Shown in pieces: positions 15,824-22,542 of a stretch of 24,000 nucleotides of DNA. The position numbers and the translations under genes were made by a program. The notes under the pieces are model-generated. The model saw only the letters and a program-made list of their open reading frames with translations, made no database searches and was not told the DNA's origin. Numbering within the stretch: the stretch's first letter is position 1; each line of letters begins with the position of its first letter. Origin of the DNA: Streptomycetales bacterium (GTDB lineage Bacteria > Actinomycetota > Actinomycetes > JBOHCZ01); NCBI GenBank assembly GCA_050699195.1, contig JBOHCZ010000226.1, positions 1,573 through 25,572 of the forward strand, read 5' to 3'.

Positions 15824-16923
15824 GTCCCCAGTACCCGGCCGGCCGGGAGCACGCGAGCCGCGAGCAGCAGGTCCTGGCGCGGATCGAGAAGGCGCGGCGG
15901 CGTAAGCCGAAGGTCAAGGACGAGCGGGTCACGCTGGCGCACGGGGCCGGCGGCAAGGCCACGCACACCCTCGTCGAGGCGATCTTCCTCGACGCCTTCC
16001 GCAACCCACTGCTCGAGCCGCTCGACGATCAGGCGGTGTTCACCGCGAACGGGGTCCGGTTGGCCTTCTCGACCGACTCGTTCGTGGTGTCCCCGCTGTT
16101 CTTCCCGGGAGGTGACATCGGCGATCTCGCGGTGCACGGGACGGTCAACGATCTGGCGATGTCGGGCGCCCGGCCGCTGTACCTGTCGGCCGGGTTCATC
16201 CTGGAGGAGGGGTTCCCTGTCGCGGACCTGCGGCGGATCGTCGAGTCGATGGCCCGTGCGGCCCGGGTTGCCGACGTGCAGGTGGTGACCGGCGACACCA
16301 AGGTGGTGCAGCGGGGCAAGGCCGACGGGTGCTACATCAACACCGCCGGGATCGGCGTGATCGAGCACGACCTCACCCTCGGCGCCGGCGAGGTCCGGCC
16401 CGGGGACGCGGTGCTGGTGTCCGGGCCGATCGGGGAGCACGGCATAACGGTCATGCTCGCGCGCGGCGAGCTGGACATCGACACGGACCTGACCTCCGAC
16501 ACCGCCCCGCTGGCCGAGCCCGTGGCCCGGCTGCTGGCGGCGACCAGCGGCCTGCGGTGCCTGCGCGATGCGACCCGCGGGGGCGTGGCCACCATCTGCA
16601 ACGAGATCGCCCGGGCATCGGAGACGGCGGTCGTGCTGGACGAGAACGCGATCCCGATGCGACCGGAGGTACGCGGGGCATCGGAGATCCTGGGCATCGA
16701 CCCGCTCTACGTCGCCTGCGAGGGCCGCTTCGTCGCGGTGGTGGACGGGCCCGAAGCGGAGGCCGCCCTGCAGGCGCTGCGTTCACGTCCCCTCGGCCGC
16801 GACGCCGCCCTCATCGGGCATGTCAGAGACGATCCCCCGGGCCTGGTGCTCCTCAAGACCGAGTTCGGCGGCACCCGCATCGTCGACGTACTCATCGGCG
16901 ACCCGCTCCCCCGCATCTGCTGA
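15820..16923 (+). CDS. hypE: Hydrogenase maturation protein HypE (thiocarboxamide dehydratase)
   Basis: The GTG start is in a GTGA overlap with hypD. It has AIR-synthase-like PurM-fold motifs (LAHGAGG, GDTKVV) and the invariant C-terminal PRIC. Confidence 0.93.
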   Translation: MSPQYPAGREHASREQQVLARIEKARRRKPKVKDERVTLAHGAGGKATHTLVEAIFLDAFRNPLLEPLDDQAVFTANGVRLAFSTDSFVVSPLFFPGGDIGDLAVHGTVNDLAMSGARPLYLSAGFILEEGFPVADLRRIVESMARAARVADVQVVTGDTKVVQRGKADGCYINTAGIGVIEHDLTLGAGEVRPGDAVLVSGPIGEHGITVMLARGELDIDTDLTSDTAPLAEPVARLLAATSGLRCLRDATRGGVATICNEIARASETAVVLDENAIPMRPEVRGASEILGIDPLYVACEGRFVAVVDGPEAEAALQALRSRPLGRDAALIGHVRDDPPGLVLLKTEFGGTRIVDVLIGDPLPRIC

Positions 16924-16945
16924 GCCACCCGGAGGTGTGCTGAGG

Positions 16946-17359
16946 TCAGCCCCCCTGGTCGCCCGGGCGGAGGTTGGGCATCCGCGGGTCGATCGGCTGG
17001 CCCGGGGACACCCCCGCCTCCTCGCGGTCCTTCCTGCGCTTCTCCTCGCTGGCGCCCAGGGCCCGCTCGTTGCCCTGCGCGCTCGTGCTCACCCCGACAC
17101 CCAGCGGCGACGCGGCGGTGGTGTCGGTCGCCGGGACCCCCGAGCGCTCGACGTCGGAGACCACCCGCCCGGGGCCGGGCGGGCCCCAGGGACCCGACAT
17201 CACCTTGTGCATGTGCTCGGTGAAGGTCGGCTGGGTGGTGAGCTGCCTGCCCTCGTACGGCGGGACGAGACCACCCGGCTGCTGCTCCCCACCCGGGTAA
17301 GCAGCGGGGCCGAGGTTGGTCTGCACGTCCGCCTTCGGCTGCCTGCCCTTCATCACCAT
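16946..17359 (-). CDS. Gly/Pro-rich hydrophilic hypothetical protein (137 aa)
   Basis: GC3 is uniformly high. SD ggggag lies 4 nt upstream of ATG 17359. The product is MVMKGRQPKADVQTNLGPAAYPGGEQQPGG...EEKRRKDREEAG.. with no TM segment and no domain I recognise. Confidence 0.6.
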   Translation of the reverse strand: MVMKGRQPKADVQTNLGPAAYPGGEQQPGGLVPPYEGRQLTTQPTFTEHMHKVMSGPWGPPGPGRVVSDVERSGVPATDTTAASPLGVGVSTSAQGNERALGASEEKRRKDREEAGVSPGQPIDPRMPNLRPGDQGG

Positions 17360-17396
17360 CAGCTCCCCTCTGACAGCATCTCTCTCAGAGCGGCTA

Positions 17397-17428
17397 CCCG
17401 GCATGCGGCATGCGAAACGGCAGCCGGG
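17397..17428 (-). terminator. Hairpin between hypF stop and the 137-aa gene
   Basis: cccggc(a)tgc ... gcagccggg forms a 9-bp stem with one bulge and a 13-nt loop. It contains a tandem ggcatgc-ggcatgc. There is no U-tract. Confidence 0.3.
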
Positions 17429-17433
17429 AGTCG

Positions 17434-19728
17434 TCAGCCGGCCGCGCGCTCGCGGGCGGCTGCGACCGCCACCTGGCCCAGGCTGACGCCCCCGTCGTTG
17501 GGGGGCACGCGGTGGTGCACGAGGACGCGGAAGCCCCGCTGCTCGAGGCCCTCCACGGCGAGGTGCAGCAGCAGCTGGTTCTGGAACACCCCGCCGGACA
17601 GCGCGACCTGCGCCAGCCCCTCCTCGTCGCGGATCCGCTCGCAGCCGGCGACGATGGCGGCGGCCACGCCGCGGTGGAAGCGTGCTGCGATCGTCGCGCT
17701 GCCCACGCCGGCACGCAGGTCGTCGACGACCGCCCGTACGAGATCCGTGCCCTGCACCCGGAACGGGTCGTCCCCGGTGATCGCGGCCGGGTAACCGGCG
17801 CGCTCGGCGAGGTCGGCGCTCTGCTCCAGCTCGATGGCGGCCTGGCCCTCGTAGTTGACGGTGTCCCGGACGCCGGTCAGGGCGGCCACCGCGTCGAAGA
17901 GCCGGCCGGCGCTCGACGTGGCCGGAGCGTTCATCTCCTTTCTGGCGAGCGCGGTCACGCTCGCCCAGCGCCCGGGGTTGCGGCGGGTCACGGCCAGGCC
18001 CGCCGGCGGCGCGCCGCCGTAGGCAGCGTCGAGGTACGCGGCGGCCATCCGCCACGGCTGCCTGATCGCCGCCGTGCCGCCCGGCATGGGCACGGGAGCG
18101 AGGCTGCCGCGCCGTTCGAAGCCTGCCAGGTCGGCCACCAGGAACTCGCCGCCCCAGATAGTGCCGTCGGTGCCGTACCCGAGCCCGTCGAACGCCACGC
18201 CGATAACCCGGCCGTGCTCGGCGTTGTCGGTGAGGCAGGACGCCACGTGGGCGTGGTGGTGCTGGACGCCCACGAGCTCGACGCTGTCGTCACAGTCCAG
18301 CTGCCGGGCGTACTTGGTGGAGAGGTACTCCGGGTGCAGGTCGTGCGCGACGACCTGCGGGCGGATGTCGAACAGCCGCCGGAAGTGCTCGATGCCCTCG
18401 GTGTAGGAGCGCAGCGTCTCGTAGTTCTCGAGGTCGCCGATGTGGTGTGAGACGAAGGCGCGGCGGCTCTTGGCGAGGCAGAAGGTGTTCTTCAGCTCCG
18501 CGCCGCAGCCGAGCACCGCGCGGCGCAGCGGTGCCGCGAGCGCCAGCGGCTGCGGCGCGTACCCGCGGGAGCGGCGGACCGGCAGCTCACGGCCGCGGAA
18601 CAGGCGGGTCACCGAGTCGTCGGTGCGGATGTGGATCGGCCGGTCGTGGGTGAGGTATGCGTCGGTGATCCCGGCCAGCCGGCGCATCGCGTCCTCGTCG
18701 TGGTAGGCGATCGGCTCGTCGGAGGCGTTGCCGCTGGTGAGTACGAACGGCCCGGGCAGCTCGCGGGCGAGCAGGTGGTGCAGCGGCGTGTACGGGAGCA
18801 TGACCCCGAGGAAGCGGTTGCCCGGCGCGACCGGGCCCGCCACCGGGGTGTCCGGGTGGCGGCGCAGCAGCACGATCGGCCTGCGGGGGCTGGTGAGGGC
18901 GCGCTCCTCGGCCTCGTCGACCGTGCACAGCCGCCGCGCGGTCTCGACGTCGGCCACCATCACCGCGAACGGCTTGTCCTCGCGGTGCTTGCGGGACCGC
19001 AGGGTGCCTGCTGCCGGCTCGGACGTGGCGTCGGCGGCCAGGTGGTAGCCGCCCAGCCCCTTGATCGCGACGATCTTGCCGTCACGCAGCAGGGCGGCGG
19101 CCGTGTCCAACGGATCGCCCTCGACCGGCTTGCCGCGCGCGTCGATGAGCTGCAGGGACGGCCCGCAGGCCGGGCAGCACACCGGCTGGGCGTGGAACCG
19201 CCGGTCGGCCGGGTCGTGGTACTCCCGGGCGCAGTCACCGCACATGGCGAAATCCGCCATGGTGGTGGATGGCCGGTCGTAAGGAACGTCGCGGATGATC
19301 GTGAAGCGCGGGCCGCAGTTCGTGCAGTTCGTGAACGGGTAGCGGTGCCGGCGGTCCCCGTTGTCGGACATCTCGCGTAGGCAGTCCGCGCAGGTCGCCG
19401 TGTCGGGCGCGATGAGCGCCCGCCGCTCGCCGCCGCCCTTGCTGTCGACGATCACGAACCGGGTGCCGCCCCGCGGCTCCACGGCCTCGACGCTGATGCG
19501 GTCGATCAGCGCGAGCGGCGGGGCCTCGCGCTCCAGCGCCGTACGGAACCGGGTGAGGGACTCCGGCTCGCCCTCGACCTCGATGAACACGCCGTCGGGG
19601 TCGTTGCCGACCAGCCCTGCGAGCTCGTGGCGGAGCGCCAGCGCGTACACGAACGGGCGGAACCCCACACCCTGGACGACGCCCTCCACGCGGACCCGGC
19701 TCCGGGTACGGGCGGCACTACCGATCAT
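17434..19728 (-). CDS. hypF: Carbamoyltransferase HypF
   Basis: It has an acylphosphatase domain (VEGVVQGVGFRPFVY). Two Zn-finger pairs are present (CADCLREM...CTNCGPRF and CGDCAREY...CCPACGP). A YrdC-like domain (IVAIKGLGGYHLA) and a Kae1-like C-terminal domain follow. I start it at ATG 19728 (MIGSAARTRSRVRVEG), because the 44-codon extension to 19860 has low GC3 and overlaps mazF. Confidence 0.92.
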   Translation of the reverse strand: MIGSAARTRSRVRVEGVVQGVGFRPFVYALALRHELAGLVGNDPDGVFIEVEGEPESLTRFRTALEREAPPLALIDRISVEAVEPRGGTRFVIVDSKGGGERRALIAPDTATCADCLREMSDNGDRRHRYPFTNCTNCGPRFTIIRDVPYDRPSTTMADFAMCGDCAREYHDPADRRFHAQPVCCPACGPSLQLIDARGKPVEGDPLDTAAALLRDGKIVAIKGLGGYHLAADATSEPAAGTLRSRKHREDKPFAVMVADVETARRLCTVDEAEERALTSPRRPIVLLRRHPDTPVAGPVAPGNRFLGVMLPYTPLHHLLARELPGPFVLTSGNASDEPIAYHDEDAMRRLAGITDAYLTHDRPIHIRTDDSVTRLFRGRELPVRRSRGYAPQPLALAAPLRRAVLGCGAELKNTFCLAKSRRAFVSHHIGDLENYETLRSYTEGIEHFRRLFDIRPQVVAHDLHPEYLSTKYARQLDCDDSVELVGVQHHHAHVASCLTDNAEHGRVIGVAFDGLGYGTDGTIWGGEFLVADLAGFERRGSLAPVPMPGGTAAIRQPWRMAAAYLDAAYGGAPPAGLAVTRRNPGRWASVTALARKEMNAPATSSAGRLFDAVAALTGVRDTVNYEGQAAIELEQSADLAERAGYPAAITGDDPFRVQGTDLVRAVVDDLRAGVGSATIAARFHRGVAAAIVAGCERIRDEEGLAQVALSGGVFQNQLLLHLAVEGLEQRGFRVLVHHRVPPNDGGVSLGQVAVAAARERAAG

Positions 19729-19849
19729 GGAGCCAGCCTCGCACCCGGACGCGACGCGTGCTCGGGGTTCAGGAGGCGCTGAGGCAAGCGGGCGAGGCGA
19801 CCCGGCAGGCGCTCGCCCGGCTGCCGGGCCAGGCGTCGCCACGATGTGA

Positions 19850-20197
19850 CTACAGGGCAAGGTGCACGCGAAGTGCCTCGTCGAGCGCGCGCACCTGAGC
19901 CATCGTCAGCGCACCGCACCGCCTACCGACTCGCTCGACGGAGATTGATCGGACCTGTTCAGCTTGGGCCTTCGCATCGCGCGGCAGCCCCGTCGTCGCG
20001 GCTGGGAGCAGGACCTGGAACGGGTAGATCCGCTCGATATTGGACGTGACCGGAACGACCGTGACGACGCCGAGGCCAAGACGTGTCGCCGTCGCGTTGG
20101 CGGCATCGTTACTCACGACGACCGCCGGCCGGGTGTTGCTGGCCTCAGAACCGCGCACCGGGTCGAGGTCGACCAGGCAGATCTCGCCGCGCCGCAC
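19850..20197 (-). CDS. mazF: MazF/PemK-family type II toxin (endoribonuclease)
   Basis: (M)RRGEICLVDLDPVRGSEASNTRPAVVVSNDAANATATRLG..VVTVVPVTSN..RIYPFQVLL......GLPRDAKAQAEQVRSIS is the classic MazF pattern. From memory it closely recalls mycobacterial MazF9-type sequences. The GTG start immediately follows the antitoxin stop. Confidence 0.9.
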   Translation of the reverse strand: MRRGEICLVDLDPVRGSEASNTRPAVVVSNDAANATATRLGLGVVTVVPVTSNIERIYPFQVLLPAATTGLPRDAKAQAEQVRSISVERVGRRCGALTMAQVRALDEALRVHLAL

Positions 20198-20419
20198 TTA
20201 GCCCTCGAGGCCGTCTGCGGTGACCGCAGCCCAGACCTCGGCCTCTCCGGAAACGGTCCAGGAACGCCAGGCGTCCTCATATTCCCCAGCGAGCTCACCC
20301 GATCGGAGCAACCCGACCGCCTTGTGCAGCGCAGCGGACCTCGACACGTAGCCCTGAGACCGGGCGTACGCGTCGAGGAACTCGACATCTTCCCGTGGGA
20401 GACTCACACTCACCTTCAT
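20198..20419 (-). CDS. mazE: Ribbon-helix-helix MazE-type antitoxin
   Basis: MKVSVSLPREDVEFLDAYARSQGYVSRSAALHKAV shows the RHH N-terminus. The product is 73 aa. Its stop TAA directly abuts the toxin GTG. Confidence 0.85.
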   Translation of the reverse strand: MKVSVSLPREDVEFLDAYARSQGYVSRSAALHKAVGLLRSGELAGEYEDAWRSWTVSGEAEVWAAVTADGLEG

Positions 20420-20424
20420 ACCGT

Positions 20425-20482
20425 GATACTACCATTGGTACTACCAGGAGCAAGCACGGGAAGTCCTACCGTAGGCCTACCC
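20425..20482. promoter_or_regulatory. Candidate mazEF operator/promoter: array of TACC-containing direct and inverted repeats
   Basis: g[a/g]tactacca occurs twice (20425-20434 and 20437-20446) and encloses the palindrome tacca-t-tggta. cctac-c-gtagg-cctac lies at 20465-20480 and includes the 10-bp perfect palindrome gtaggcctac. The array starts 6 nt upstream of the mazE ATG. Confidence 0.4.
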
Positions 20483-20558
20483 CGACGCGGCGACTGCTCG
20501 CCGGACGGCCCGCGCGGGCGCAACGGTGGCGCTGGTTCGCCCTGACTACACTGGTTGC

Positions 20559-20768
20559 GTGCCGCGCTACGAGTACCGCTGCCGCTCCTGCGGGGCGACC
20601 TTCGAGATGACCCGCCCGATGAGCGAGTCGTCCGCGCCGTGCCGCTGCCCGCACGGCCACGACGACGTGGTGAAGCTGCTCACGACCGTCGCCATGACCG
20701 GGCGGGCGTCGAGCGCACCCGCCGCCCCGGCCGGGGGCTGTTGTGGCGGCGCCTGCGGCTGCGGTTGA
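20559..20768 (+). CDS. FmdB-family zinc-ribbon protein
   Basis: The GTG start gives (M)PRYEYRCRSCGATFE...CRCPHGHDDVVKL, the typical FmdB N-terminus. The tail is Cys/Gly-rich (GGCCGGACGCG). The ORF-track start at 20526 adds 11 atypical residues. Confidence 0.75.
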   Translation: MPRYEYRCRSCGATFEMTRPMSESSAPCRCPHGHDDVVKLLTTVAMTGRASSAPAAPAGGCCGGACGCG

Positions 20769-21101
20769 CGGCGCGTCACGCTCTCCCGGTTCGGTAACGG
20801 CGGCAAACCCTCCCTTGGCCGTGCCCGACCGTCCCCTCTACGGCCGGGTACGGACGGACCTAACCGAGCTTATACGTACTTAGCGGTTAGGCACTGAACT
20901 CGTCAAGGCAGATTCACCCATGCACCGGCTCACATCCGACCCTGCTCGGCAGGGCCGAAGAGGCCGACTTCGAGTGCTGGTGCAGCATGTCCACCTGCGG
21001 AAACCGCACCAAAGCCCGCATGTACGCCGCCCGCGGCAGGCCGTACGTACGTAGGCTGTGGGGCACATCCCGATGGCAACGTCTCGGGAGGGGGGATTCT
21101 C

Positions 21102-22496
21102 GTGGTCACCGGCAGCGACGTGGCCATCTTGACCGGCAGGCTTCGCGGCGAGGTCATCGAACCTGGTGATCCCGGCTACGGCGACGCCTGCGCGGTGTGG
21201 AATGGCATGATCGACAAGCGCCCGGCGCTCATCGCCCGTTGCAAGGGAACCGGCGACGTGGTCACGGCCGTGAACTTCGCCCGCGACAGCGGTCTGCCGC
21301 TGGCCGTCAGGGGCGGCGGGCACAACGTGGCCGGGATGGCCCTCGCCGACGGCGGCCTCGTCGTCGACCTGTCTCCGATGAGAGGCGTGCGCGTCGACCC
21401 GCAGCGCCGCAAGGTCCGGGTCGAGGGGGGCACCCGGCTCGGCGACCTCGACCGGGAGACCCAGGTCTACGGCCTGGCCACCCCCACCGGCGTGGTGTCC
21501 AGGACCGGGGTCGCGGGGCTGACCCTGAGCGGGGGCATCGGCTGGCTCCGGCGGAAGTACGGCATGAGCTGCGACAACCTCGTCTCCACGGAGGTCGTGA
21601 CCGCCGACGGCCGGGTGCTCACCGCCAGCGCGGGTGAGCACCCCGACCTTTTCTGGGGGCTGCGGGGCGGCGGGGGCAACTTCGGCGTCGTCACGTCGTT
21701 CGAGTTCCGACTGCACCGGGTCGGGCCGCAGGTGATGTTCTGCTTCGTGCTCTATCCCGGCGACCGGGCACCCGACGTACTGCGGGCCTGTGACCGCTAC
21801 GTGGCGGATTCGCCCGACGAGGTCAGCCCGCTGGCCTTCCTCGGCAGGGTCCCGGCCGCGGAGATGTTCCCCCCGGGGTGGCACGGCCACCCGTTCGTCG
21901 CCGTCGCCGCCCTGTACGCGGGGGGCGTCGCGGAGGGCGAGCAGGTGCTTCGCCCGCTCCGCGAGCTGCACGAGCCCATCGTGGATCTCAGCGCCGCGCG
22001 GCCCTACGTCGAGGTTCAGCAAGTGCTCGACGAGGATTACCCGGACGGGGGCAGGTACTACTGGAAGTCGGCCCATCTCGACGGCCTCGGCGACGAGGTG
22101 ATCGACCGGCTCGTCGCCCACGCCGACGCCGCGCCCTCCGACCAGTCCACGGTCGATGTCTGGTACCACGGGGGCGTGATGAGCCGGATCGGGGCGGCCG
22201 ACACCGCCTTCGGCGACCGCAGCGCCCCGATACTGATCGCGCCGGAGGCGAACTGGGTGCACCCGTCCGACGACGCTGCCAACCTCGCGTGGGCCAGGCG
22301 CTGTGTCGACGACATGCGGCGCTTCTCCGACCGGGGCGGCTACCTGAACTTCCCCGGCTTCCTCGAGGAGGGGGAGAGGCTGCTCCGGGAGGCCTACGGG
22401 GACAACTACCAACGGCTGGCCGCCGTCAAGGACGCCTACGACCCGGCGAACCTCTTCCGCATCAACCAGAACATCCAACCGGCTTCGGCGCGCTAG
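21102..22496 (+). CDS. FAD-linked oxidoreductase (PCMH FAD_binding_4 + BBE-like C-terminus)
   Basis: DVVTAVNFARDSGLPLAVRGGGHNVAG, LSGGIGWLRRKYG, HPDLFWGLRGGGGNFGVVTSFEF and the C-terminal NYQRLAAVKDAYDPANLFRINQNIQP are present. The GTG start follows SD gggagggggg. Confidence 0.88.
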   Translation: MVTGSDVAILTGRLRGEVIEPGDPGYGDACAVWNGMIDKRPALIARCKGTGDVVTAVNFARDSGLPLAVRGGGHNVAGMALADGGLVVDLSPMRGVRVDPQRRKVRVEGGTRLGDLDRETQVYGLATPTGVVSRTGVAGLTLSGGIGWLRRKYGMSCDNLVSTEVVTADGRVLTASAGEHPDLFWGLRGGGGNFGVVTSFEFRLHRVGPQVMFCFVLYPGDRAPDVLRACDRYVADSPDEVSPLAFLGRVPAAEMFPPGWHGHPFVAVAALYAGGVAEGEQVLRPLRELHEPIVDLSAARPYVEVQQVLDEDYPDGGRYYWKSAHLDGLGDEVIDRLVAHADAAPSDQSTVDVWYHGGVMSRIGAADTAFGDRSAPILIAPEANWVHPSDDAANLAWARRCVDDMRRFSDRGGYLNFPGFLEEGERLLREAYGDNYQRLAAVKDAYDPANLFRINQNIQPASAR

Positions 22497-22542
22497 GGCG
22501 AGATTCGGGCGTTCCGGGAACCCGCCCCGCCGGTCAATCTCC

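Noticed and set aside
17410-18450. A 346-aa + strand ORF, plus other + strand ORFs up to 19849, opposite hypF.
   Set aside because: HypF domains are unambiguous on the - strand. The + strand products have no motifs and a shadow-type composition.
19729-19860. The 44-codon N-terminal extension of hypF offered by the ORF track (start at 19860).
   Set aside because: GC3 drops to about 60% and the extension overlaps the end of mazF. The acylphosphatase domain begins right after the internal ATG at 19728.
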